Assembly: GCA_963775425.1 (NCBI GenBank)
Contig: CAVZJB010000016.1
Location: 128,001-192,000 of the forward strand
Source: an uncultured delta proteobacterium
GTDB lineage: Bacteria; Myxococcota; UBA727; VGSZ01
Length of the DNA: 64,000 bases
Reading direction: 5' to 3'
This document shows positions 20,478 through 28,463 of the stretch, piece by piece. The translations under genes were made by a program, and so were the position numbers. A model generated the notes under the pieces. That model saw nothing but the letters and a program-made list of their open reading frames with translations. It ran no database searches and was not told the origin of the DNA. The stretch's first letter is position 1. The number at the start of each line of letters is the position of its first letter.

Positions 20478-20785
20478 GTGAAAGAGACCTCCCGTCTCGG
20501 CGTGATGCCGCCGCCCAAGGCACGGCGAAGCTCCGGAGTCATCGTTTGCGACGCCACGTTTGCGGACTCGTGCACCTGAGTGCGTCAGCAGGAGTCGTGC
20601 CTGCAACGGCGCCGCCGTGAGCGGGAAAGGTGCCCCACGCTCCGAAAGACTCGCCGTGATTCGATGGACGAATCGACGAAGTCGAGGCGGCGCCGAACGG
20701 GAAGCGCATCGCCGACTCGGCCGCCGCCGACACGCACGGACAGTCCTCCCTCGTTCGCACCTGTCTACGAGCGAGGGGTTTCACG

Positions 20786-20914
20786 ATGCGCGCGCTGCTT
20801 GTTCATGCACAGACGCCTCTGACCGTTTGGGACTACCAGCACAGCCTTCATCTCACCGGCAGCGTGCTCACCTCCGCCGCTGGCATTCCGCGCGCGCGAG
20901 CTCCTTGGCGCTGA
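20786..20914 (+). pseudogene. 5' fragment of a B12-binding radical SAM gene
   Basis: GAGGGG RBS, then MRALLVHAQTPLTVWDYQHSLHLTG, resembling the MxxLLxxPxxPxTxWxxxHxLxxxG N-terminus of that family; similarity stops near 20860. Confidence 0.45.
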
Positions 20915-21125
20915 CGAGGGTCTTGATGGTCGTGGTCATGAGACCCCTCGCGCGTTCGGGTGGGTGGTGACGATGACGACGATGTTCTTGCCCTCGTGCC
21001 GTCCGTCCTGGCGCAGATCGGCGTCTTCATCCACCTTTGGTGGATCGCCGTGCGCGTCGACAGGAACGACCACGACGATCTGCCAAGCCTTCTTTTGTCC
21101 GCGATAGGATTGCCTGGTGCAAGGA
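20870..21125 (-). pseudogene. Degenerate second copy of the DUF4258-like/MqsA-like TA pair
   Basis: ..IVVIVTTHPNARGVS* overlapping MTTTIK-TLVSAKELARAE; nucleotide similarity to 22535-22695 with an internal deletion. Confidence 0.7.
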
Positions 21126-21938
21126 CTCTATCGTGTCGACGATATCGTCGTGACGACCGAGCTCGCCGATGGTCATAACGAGGGCGTGGTCCGGAGCCGT
21201 TGGGGAATCGACGGGAACGGAGCGTTGGCGCTCGTCGAGGATCTCGACGAGTCGCGCAAGCGATCGCGCGACCGTCGCCGTTTTCTCGAGGAGATCGGTG
21301 TTCGCGCGCAGGCAGAGCCGAGGCTCCGAGCGTTTCATCGCGGCGGGCTCCCCCTCACCGTGCGTCCCGCGTATCCCGGGTTGCGGCTCGATCGATTCCT
21401 CACCGAGAACGCGGCACAGCGAGGACAGCCGCCCAAAGAGCTCTGCCTCGCTGTTGCAAGGGCGTTGATGAACGTCGCGCGCGCGGAGGCGCGCGACGTA
21501 CCGAGGTCGAGCCTCGTATGGCTCGGTTTCGACGGCACCGTCACCGGTTTGCCGGCGCTCCTGCCGCGCTACGCGACGTGGAACGGCGACTACGAGCTTG
21601 AAATCGCGGTTGGACCCGGCCAAGACGCGCTCCACAGCGTTGGCGTGAACCTCTGCCGCCTCGTCTTCGGGCACTACGACGCGACCGCGACCTCGGCCGA
21701 GAAGCTCCGGAAAGCGCGGTCGCTCGGGAACGAGGACTTCATCGCTGAGTTTGCGCTGACCTCGACCGTGCAGCTGGATCCCGCGTCCCTCAACCTGCTC
21801 ACCGGCAACGCGCTACGCATTGCCCACCACTACGCGAAGCTCCCAGGGCACCACCCCGAGATCACGCGCGTGCTCGCCGGGCTCTTTCCAAAGCAGCACG
21901 CCGCGGCTCGAAACCTCGTCGAGGAGGCGTCGATGTAG
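21117..21938 (+). CDS. Hypothetical protein, kinase-fold-like (putative pseudokinase)
   Basis: RFLEE, PGLRLDRFL, LAVARAL, VWLGFDGTV, DALHSVGVNLCRLVFG echo Hanks subdomains, but HRD, DFG and APE are absent. Confidence 0.55.
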   Translation: MQGLYRVDDIVVTTELADGHNEGVVRSRWGIDGNGALALVEDLDESRKRSRDRRRFLEEIGVRAQAEPRLRAFHRGGLPLTVRPAYPGLRLDRFLTENAAQRGQPPKELCLAVARALMNVARAEARDVPRSSLVWLGFDGTVTGLPALLPRYATWNGDYELEIAVGPGQDALHSVGVNLCRLVFGHYDATATSAEKLRKARSLGNEDFIAEFALTSTVQLDPASLNLLTGNALRIAHHYAKLPGHHPEITRVLAGLFPKQHAAARNLVEEASM

Positions 21939-22239
21939 ACAACGTCGCCACCGCCGGAGCGGAAAGGAGCGGAGAGCTCGGCGCCCCGGCGCTCAACTCG
22001 GCGCGCGTCTTCGTCGCCGAGCTCGGAGCTCCTTTCCGCTCCGCCGTGTGGCCGTAGCACCGTCCCCTTCCGGGTGGCTCGGATCAACGGTCCATCGGGC
22101 CAGCCCTCGTCGCCACTCGGGTGCCGGTCCCCGACGTAGTAGCCAATGACCTGAAGTGCGGCGAAGGCACATCCCGCGCCCAGGATGACGCTCACGATGC
22201 GAAGATATCGCGCGGAAAGGCGCTCGGCGTTGCTCCAGG

Positions 22240-22650
22240 TCAGCTCTCGACCCGACGTTCCCTCGGCACCTTCTTCCCGCGCGCGATGTCTTCCATCCGC
22301 GCGCGCGCTTGCACCGGTTTGCCGGCGGCCTCGAGCACGAGGTCGCCAAGGGCGAGCCACGCCGTGCGCGCGACCTCGGTGGCGTCGGTCTCCCAGCGCG
22401 AAACCGTGCGGGGCTTCACGTCGAGGAGCACAGCGAGCTGTTCGGCCGTGAGCCCGAGCGCGCGACGCATCCACGCGAACGCCTCGCCGCTCGGCGGGCC
22501 GTCGACGGCGACGGCGGCCGCGATGGCGATCTCCGCGCGGGCGAGCTCGTTGGCGCTGACGAGGCTCTCGCCGGTCTCCGGGTCGGCCTCATCGGCGACG
22601 TCGACGGAGTACTTGCGACCGGCGATCTTCCTCTTGATGGTCGTGGTCAT
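22240..22650 (-). CDS. MqsA-like XRE HTH antitoxin
   Basis: GEAFAWMRRALGLTAEQLAVLLDVKPRTVSRWET HTH; YgiT-like N-domain; ATGA-coupled to the upstream gene. Confidence 0.8.
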   Translation of the reverse strand: MTTTIKRKIAGRKYSVDVADEADPETGESLVSANELARAEIAIAAAVAVDGPPSGEAFAWMRRALGLTAEQLAVLLDVKPRTVSRWETDATEVARTAWLALGDLVLEAAGKPVQARARMEDIARGKKVPRERRVES

Positions 22651-22862
22651 GAGACCCCTCGCGTGTTCGGGTGGGTAGTGACGACAACGGCGACGTCATC
22701 GGCGCAGCGCAGACCGGACAGCAGGTTCCCGACGGCCCTCCACTTCCGACCGGTGTCGTCGTGCGCGTGCAGCTCGTCGTGGATGGCGAGCACATGGAGG
22801 ACGTCGTCGACGAAGACGCCGTCGGCAGGCATGGAGACGTTGCTTGCGTGTTTCGTGAACAA
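22647..22862 (-). CDS. DUF4258/RelE-like putative toxin (start uncertain, may be 5'-truncated)
   Basis: VLFTKHA...M..DGVFVDDVLHVL...KWRAVG...VVVTTH; toxin-before-antitoxin layout. Confidence 0.55.
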   Translation of the reverse strand: MFTKHASNVSMPADGVFVDDVLHVLAIHDELHAHDDTGRKWRAVGNLLSGLRCADDVAVVVTTHPNTRGVS

Positions 22863-22887
22863 GACCGTTCGCGCTGCTGCGCTCCCG

Positions 22888-23029
22888 AGACGGACCCACG
22901 CCGCGGCCTTCGGCGACGTCCTCGAGCGGTCGGGGGGAGTTCCCGGTGGACCTGGAGCGGTCCCACCGAAAAGCGCTTGCCGGCCTGAGCGTTCGCCAAA
23001 GAAAAACCCCGCTTCTCAGCGGGGTTGCT
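22888..23029 (+). pseudogene. 3' remnant of a second related tyrosine integrase
   Basis: Encodes HAAAFGDVLER...PKKNP, matching the C-terminus of integrase 30113-31399, at the same position relative to the att copy. Confidence 0.8.
23001..23026 (-). terminator. Intrinsic terminator after the tRNA 3' duplicate
   Basis: AACCCCGCT-tctc-AGCGGGGTT stem followed by a T-run on the minus strand. Confidence 0.7.
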
Positions 23030-23074
23030 TGGAGCGGGAAACGAGATTCGAACTCGCGACTTCAACCTTGGCAA
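23030..23074 (-). repeat. att site: 45-bp duplicate of the tRNA-Gly 3' half
   Basis: TGGAGCGGGAAACGAGATTCGAACTCGCGACTTCAACCTTGGCAA is identical to 31417-31461. Confidence 0.95.
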
Positions 23075-23172
23075 ACGAGCCAGGGGGTTCCGCGTGACGA
23101 GGGGATTCGTGGAGAATCAACAGCTTAGCTGACGTCGACACCACGGACCGCCACCCCAGATCACGCGGAATT

Positions 23173-23237
23173 TCCCACCGAATTGGGACTGCCCGGTGGG
23201 AGCGGCGAACGCTCCCACCGGGCGCTCGCTCCCACCG
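23173..23237. repeat. Cluster of TCCCACCG motifs (putative integrase arm-type sites) with a 14-bp inverted repeat
   Basis: Copies at 23173, 23194 (inverted), 23213 and 23230; perfect stem 23191-23204/23210-23223. Confidence 0.65.
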
Positions 23238-23357
23238 ACGACGGTGCCGACGAGCGCGTTTGGACGTCGAGGTGCGAAGGCGCGACGCGATTGAGGTCGG
23301 CCTTGCACTCTCGGGTTCGCGTCGCGGCGACGCGCCATGCTCTGTACACTCACCCTG

Positions 23358-23693
23358 GTGAAGCGCTTCGCCCTCCTCCTGCTCGTCATCGGCGGGCCCG
23401 CCTGCAGCGCGCGTCCTGACCCCAACTGCGGGCAGCCATCCGGTTGCGCGGCCGACGAGCTCTGCGTGTTCAGCGCGGCCTATGGGTTCCTGGAAGACGG
23501 CAACCCGAACCTCATCAACACCGATTCCTATTCCTGCGTGCCGCTGCCCGAGCGTTGCTCGGTGTCGACGTGCGAATGCCTCGAGTGTCGCGGCGAGTTC
23601 GCGTGCGATGCGGGGCCGTCGTGCACATGCGGCATAGGCGGTGCGTGCAGCGACGGCCCGCACGGCGCCATCGTCACGGCGTTCAAAGAATAG
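23358..23693 (+). CDS. Cys-rich putative lipoprotein
   Basis: KRFALLLLVIGGPAC signal/lipobox; more than 10 Cys in about 95 mature residues. Confidence 0.65.
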   Translation: MKRFALLLLVIGGPACSARPDPNCGQPSGCAADELCVFSAAYGFLEDGNPNLINTDSYSCVPLPERCSVSTCECLECRGEFACDAGPSCTCGIGGACSDGPHGAIVTAFKE

Positions 23694-23785
23694 GTGCGCC
23701 TCATCGGCGGCTAGCGTCCGCCGAAGTCGAAGCGGCAGTCCGCGACGTCGTCCGCCGGGTCGCCGGCGTCGAGCAGAATGAGTGG

Positions 23786-23968
23786 TCACGAGAGAGCTAG
23801 GCCCGGCGCACCGCCCTGGCACTCGGGGCACTTCCGCTGGAAGTTGTCGGAACCGTTCGAGCCGTAGCTGTGTCCGCAGTCTCCGCAACGCAGCTCGTAC
23901 ACGCGCTGCAGATGATCGTTGCCAGCGAGTCCGGTCGCTCGAACGACCTCCTGGCGGTTGCGGTTCAC
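23786..23968 (-). CDS. Small zinc-ribbon protein (in frame with the upstream ParE-like ORF)
   Basis: LRCGDCGHSYGSNGSDNFQRKCPECQGG (two CxxC); the reading frame is open upstream to the TAG at 24068. Confidence 0.65.
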   Translation of the reverse strand: MNRNRQEVVRATGLAGNDHLQRVYELRCGDCGHSYGSNGSDNFQRKCPECQGGAPGLALS

Positions 23969-24067
23969 GAAGCCGGGGGCCGTCGTCGGGTGTTCCGGCG
24001 AGGCGAGCGCGCCGCGTGTCGACGTCGCGCGCTTGCGGAAGCTCGGCGTGATCCCGCGGGTCGCGCC

Positions 24068-24337
24068 CTACACGCCGACGATGGCGACGATGTCGTCGTT
24101 GTACGTGTAGTAGACGTGGTAGCGGCTCGCCCTGAGCAGCATGCGGTGCAGCCCTGGAATCGCGCGCGATGCGTAGCGAATCCCGACGCCGGGCTCGATG
24201 GCGAGCAACGCGATGGCGTCCGCGAGCTCTTCGACGAACAGATTCGGTGCAGCTGGCCGGTTGCTCATCCACCACAGGTCGATGCCGCGGGCATCGTCGT
24301 CAGCCTCGCGCGTCGTGACCACGCGGCGCTTCTTCAT
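24068..24337 (-). CDS. RelE/ParE family toxin, probably truncated by TAG
   Basis: ADDDARGIDLWW..NRPAAPNLFVEEL..PGVG..RMLL..SRYHVYY; stops at V-TAG where V-W is expected. Confidence 0.8.
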   Translation of the reverse strand: MKKRRVVTTREADDDARGIDLWWMSNRPAAPNLFVEELADAIALLAIEPGVGIRYASRAIPGLHRMLLRASRYHVYYTYNDDIVAIVGV

Positions 24338-24561
24338 CGGCGGGCGCGGAGCTCTGCGATCAGGTCCTCGGCAGGGCGGACGCGACCGGCCCCGACGCTC
24401 TCCCACGACTGCTGAAGGTGGGCGTGGAGAGCCGCGCGCTCCTCGGCGTCGAGGTCGTCGCCCTCGTCATCGACCACGAGATCGAGGGTTGTGCCCTCGG
24501 GAAGCAGGGTCGGCTCGTCGACGACGATGCGACCGTTGGAAACGCGTCCCCGAATAGCCAT
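24334..24561 (-). CDS. Putative antitoxin of the ParE-like toxin
   Basis: GRVSNGRIVVDEPTLLPEGT..LDAEERAALH..GRVRPAEDLIAEL; ATGA coupling to the toxin. Confidence 0.75.
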   Translation of the reverse strand: MAIRGRVSNGRIVVDEPTLLPEGTTLDLVVDDEGDDLDAEERAALHAHLQQSWESVGAGRVRPAEDLIAELRARR

Positions 24562-24586
24562 GTCCGATCTTAGCAGCCCCAGGCGG

Positions 24587-25686
24587 TCAAGGCACGCAGC
24601 CCCGAGTCCGGCGACGGCCCTGCCGCATCAGGAGGCCGAGCATTGCCGCTGCCGGCACAGGGGCGGCGCCGCCCGAAGACGCGCACCCGCCGTCGAGCGA
24701 CGCGGCCTCGGCCTGGCTTACGACAACGTCGACGCACACGGGTTCCGCGCGTGCGACGTTGCCGGCCCAGTCCGACGCGGACAGGGAGTAGCACGCACTC
24801 TTGGCCCCGGACGCGGCCGGGATCTGGTCGGTGACCTCGAGGAAGTCGGGCCTCAAGCGATCGAGCGCATGCTCCTCGCCGCCGTCGATCGTGCGGAAGA
24901 CGTCGATGGTGGCGACGCCGTAGTCATCGACTGGCAGGCTCGCGTCGAGCGTGACCACTTTCACGAGGATCCCGTTTGCTTTCGCGACGCTTGCGCCGAT
25001 CAGCGTGAACGGGACCACGCTGGGCGCGGTGACATCGTCGCCGTCGCCCGTGGTCCAAGAGATGTCGTCGATCCCGGATGACGGCGCGAAGTGGAACGCG
25101 ATGTTGGCGTGCGGGGGCAACGGAGGGCCCACGTCGAGGGCGCTCGGGCAGCCGGACCGAGCGCAGCGCGCAGTGTCGGTCCTAATGGTCACGGCGCGCG
25201 GCGCGTCCTCGCCCTCGACCGCGAGGGTGACGGTGAGCTCTTGCGCGGGGTCGGTGCCTGGAGCGATGACGCCGGCGAAGATGGTGTCGGTCGGGATCGT
25301 CGTCGCTGCGATGGGGTTCGCCCAGCTCCACGAGACGTCTCTCGTCGGGATCGGCGCAGGCTCGATACCGCACACACCACTCTCGCACGTCGTCACCACA
25401 TCCGGCCCACCGCAGAGGGCGCACTCGACGAGCTGCGGCCGCAGAGCGCGGTCGCGCTTCGCGTGTCTTCCTCGAGCCGGGCGAGAGAGACCTGGTTGAT
25501 CGCGCCGTCGGGGCCTGGCCCACAGCCCGGGTTGCAAGTGGTCGCGAACGACACCGCCACGCAGTCCGAGGCTGCAGTGCACGTCCGGTCATAGTCATTC
25601 GGATTGAGCGATCCTGGGCCACACCCGGCGTGTAGCGGCCCGACGACGCTTGCAACTACGAGCGCGAGAGCGTCGGTGGGGCGCAT
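24587..25686 (-). pseudogene. Cys-rich surface protein with MYXO-CTERM-like tail, frameshifted near 25438
   Basis: N-part MRPTDALALVV..HAGC..YDRTCTAASDCVAV joins ..QLVECALC..CESGVC after a 1-nt shift; C-terminus GGCASSGG..AAMLGLLMRQGRRR. Confidence 0.6.
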
Positions 25687-25731
25687 GAGCAAGCGTAGCT
25701 CGTTCGAGCGCTCGAGGCGAAAGCGAGCGCG

Positions 25732-26661
25732 ATGCGGCAGACTTGCGAGGTGCGACAGCTCGTCACCGGTCTCCTCGTCTTCGGTTTGGGATGCGACCCG
25801 CTATTCGTCGTCGCCGTCGACGCGGGCGCGCCGGGCGATGCGGGCCCCACGGACGCCGGTGTCGGCACCTCCGTCATCGACGGAGGCACCGAGCTGGATG
25901 CGGGGCCGCTTGACTCAGGAGTTGCCCCGGACGCGGGGCTGCCGAGCGAGGACGCAGGTCGCTCTTGCCTGGGCGATTTCAGTAGCGAGGCTTGGCCGTG
26001 CGAAAGTGACGCGGACCTCTGCGACACGATGGGCGACAACAGCAGTATCTCGCCAACTCGTGATTTCATAGAGACATGGTCTCGTGAAGATGCGGCGTAC
26101 TTTGACCTTGATATCCGTGTCGCCGCGCCAGTCTTTACGTTTGGCAGCTCTCAGTTCGCCATCAGCTTGCGCTATGCGGGTGAAGCGAACGACATCGGCC
26201 AGCCTTGTGGTGGGGCGACCCTCGACTTCTCGTCTCGGCTGGTAGACATCCTCGAGCACCCACCACAGTACGTCCCGAACGCGGTGTCTATGGACCTGTC
26301 GCTGGATCCACATGACACGATCTTCTTGGACTCATGTTCAACTCTGATGGTGAGTGAAGACGGGAGAACACTCAGGGTCCACATTCCCCTGAATCCCGGC
26401 GACAGCGTGGACGCGTACCGCGTATCCCTCGCAGGCAGTCCTTGCGACGAGCCCGATGGGTTGGCGCCAACGGCCTTCATTGTGCCCAAGGGGGAGAGCA
26501 GGATGGGGCGACGTTCGTGTCGCTCTGCGACGCCCAATGCCCCACGGGATGACGACGGCGGTTGCGCTGCGCCAGCCTTACAGCTGCTGCGGGAGAAAGC
26601 AGAGATCGTCGATTCGCTGAGCCCGATGAGCTGGGCCGTCGTGTGGAACGATCGGCGTTGA
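25732..26661 (+). CDS. Putative lipoprotein with DAG-repeat linker
   Basis: LLVFGLGC lipobox, repeated DAG/DGG/DSG, Cys-containing domain; noticeably lower GC; 3' end may be frameshifted at the G-run near 26490. Confidence 0.65.
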   Translation: MRQTCEVRQLVTGLLVFGLGCDPLFVVAVDAGAPGDAGPTDAGVGTSVIDGGTELDAGPLDSGVAPDAGLPSEDAGRSCLGDFSSEAWPCESDADLCDTMGDNSSISPTRDFIETWSREDAAYFDLDIRVAAPVFTFGSSQFAISLRYAGEANDIGQPCGGATLDFSSRLVDILEHPPQYVPNAVSMDLSLDPHDTIFLDSCSTLMVSEDGRTLRVHIPLNPGDSVDAYRVSLAGSPCDEPDGLAPTAFIVPKGESRMGRRSCRSATPNAPRDDDGGCAAPALQLLREKAEIVDSLSPMSWAVVWNDRR

Positions 26662-26686
26662 ATCCGACGACCCGCGACTTCGTTGC

Positions 26687-27181
26687 TCAAGGCCCCGTCG
26701 CGGTGAGCGCGATCGCGACGCTGCCTTGCGACGACGGTGGAAGGTTGGCCGCGTCCGTGGAGATCCGCAGCACGGCCGAGCCCGGCCCCTCAGAGATATT
26801 GGAGGCGACGACTCCAACCACGGCCGTGGACACGGCAGGCACCGAAACTTCCACGGGCGGTGCGAGCGCGAACACCACGCCGGTCCCGCCCGGCAGCTCG
26901 ACGTCGACGATCACGCTGACGCTGAGCTGGCCTGTGTTTGTAAGGGTGATGTCGCGACGGGTCGGCGACGAAACCTCGCCGAAGTCGAGCGCGCATCCCG
27001 TCACGCCCCCGATGACGCGGCCGTTGACCTCGTTCGCAGGCTCGGCGCACGCGTCAACCGAAAGGGGACCCGGGGAGAAGCACTGACCCACGTCAGGGCA
27101 ACTGTCCGGAGCGCACCCGGCGCCGCCACCAAGGAACGCCGACAGCGCGGCGGCGACGAGGCGCATCCCTACGGCGGTCAT
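26687..27181 (-). CDS. Putative lipoprotein with Ig-like (ASH/choice-of-anchor D-like) domain
   Basis: Signal + GAGC; LDFGEV...ITLTNTG...AVLRISTDAAN...IALTATG. Confidence 0.65.
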   Translation of the reverse strand: MTAVGMRLVAAALSAFLGGGAGCAPDSCPDVGQCFSPGPLSVDACAEPANEVNGRVIGGVTGCALDFGEVSSPTRRDITLTNTGQLSVSVIVDVELPGGTGVVFALAPPVEVSVPAVSTAVVGVVASNISEGPGSAVLRISTDAANLPPSSQGSVAIALTATGP

Positions 27182-27954
27182 GGCAGGAACGCCGGTGGGC
27201 ACCCCACCAGCCAGTCGGGGCACACGGCGTCGGGCACGTTCGCGTAGGTGTCGACGATCGTGGGCGTGCCGCCCACGACCTCGACAAGTGACGCCTGCAG
27301 CCGCTGGCAACCCTCGGGACAATCCTCGGACCAATTGAGGAAGCGATAGCGGGCGCTGTCTCCGTCGGCGTCGACGGAGAACAGGTCGATCGTGGGACCC
27401 TCTTCGAAGTCGTCGGGCCCGACGTGGCTCTCCGACAGCGCCGTCACGCCGGCGAGGACCGATGCGGTCTTGTTGGGTTGAAAGATCCCGGGCCACGAGA
27501 GCAGCCCGCCGACCTCGTTGCCGAGGTTCGGCGGCACGGCGTAGGGCTGCACGCTGCCGTCAAACGGCGCCATCAAGGCGGTGAGCGTTCGCGTGCACGC
27601 AGCCGCGTCGGCGTCGACGCACATGACGAAGGCGTTTTGCGCGAGGCGCGCCTGGCGGACGTCGAAGTCGAGCTCTGGGAAAGCTGCGCGCGCGGCGGGG
27701 ACGTCGCGAGCCACGCGGGCGTAGGTGTCGTCGTCAGCGATCCACCGCTCGGGCGTGTGCACGAGCGCGATGTACTCGAGCTCGACGTCGCCCGGGCGCG
27801 GGGTGGACGCCGCTTCCTCGGCGGTCGGTAGCGCGCTGAGATCGAGGCCCGCGACATCGCCGGGGGTGCCGGCGTCCGGCGTCGCGGGCGACTCGCTCGA
27901 CGGGGTACACGCGCCGGTGAGCGTGAACGCGATCGCGACAGCGACAAGCTGCAT
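27178..27954 (-). CDS. Putative lipoprotein
   Basis: MQLVAVAIAFTLTGAC lipobox; WSEDCPEGC motif; ATGA-coupled to the next gene. Confidence 0.65.
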   Translation of the reverse strand: MQLVAVAIAFTLTGACTPSSESPATPDAGTPGDVAGLDLSALPTAEEAASTPRPGDVELEYIALVHTPERWIADDDTYARVARDVPAARAAFPELDFDVRQARLAQNAFVMCVDADAAACTRTLTALMAPFDGSVQPYAVPPNLGNEVGGLLSWPGIFQPNKTASVLAGVTALSESHVGPDDFEEGPTIDLFSVDADGDSARYRFLNWSEDCPEGCQRLQASLVEVVGGTPTIVDTYANVPDAVCPDWLVGCPPAFLP

Positions 27955-28069
27955 CCCCGTCACGGTGTCACGCGCCGGGCGCGTCGAGCTTAGAAGCCGC
28001 ATGGATGGTCCCATTGGTTGCACGTTCAGCTTACCTCACACACGAAGGTCTGCCCGCCGTTGCGCTTCC

Positions 28070-28263
28070 GACATTGCCAGGGACCTCGCGCCGCACGTCG
28101 CTGTTGCGACACGCGCTCTGCGCGTGCGGCGAGCGATGGCCGAGGGCGCCTTTGCGCTCTCGACCATCGCGTCCCGGCCCGTTGCGCTCCTGCGCAACAC
28201 GCGAAGCGTGCCGGCTGCCGAGCGCCCCTGTTGGGCGTGAGGCAGGTGGTCCTGGCAAATGTC
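28070..28263. other. Highly structured non-coding element (candidate ncRNA or folded ssDNA origin/promoter)
   Basis: Closing stem 28070-28085/28248-28263 encloses four arms (28089-28131, 28133-28170, 28174-28214, 28215-28245), paired by eye. Confidence 0.6.
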
Positions 28264-28463
28264 CTCACCATGTCCACATGTGATTTTTCAAGCCTTTGGC
28301 TCACTTGAAAATGTCCTCTCTGGTCCCACGTCATGAGGACACGACAAGGCAGTCGTGGTGCACGCCGTCGTCGTCGGTGCGCGCGGTGCGCGTGGTGTCC
28401 GGCGCGATGCCGGGTGCATCGCTGTGGTTGTCGATGACCTCGGTCGACGTCGACCCGCGTATC

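Noticed and set aside
20619-20628. GAGCGGGAAA, a 10-bp match to the tRNA-Gly 3' end, as a third att site
   Set aside because: Too short and the flanks do not continue the match; compatible with chance
21830-22243. Minus-strand frame with a TM-like segment downstream of the antitoxin
   Set aside because: No convincing start codon or RBS, and it overlaps neighbours; at most a gene fragment
23030-23074. Second tRNA-Gly gene
   Set aside because: Only the 3' 45 nt are present; no D arm or 5' acceptor strand
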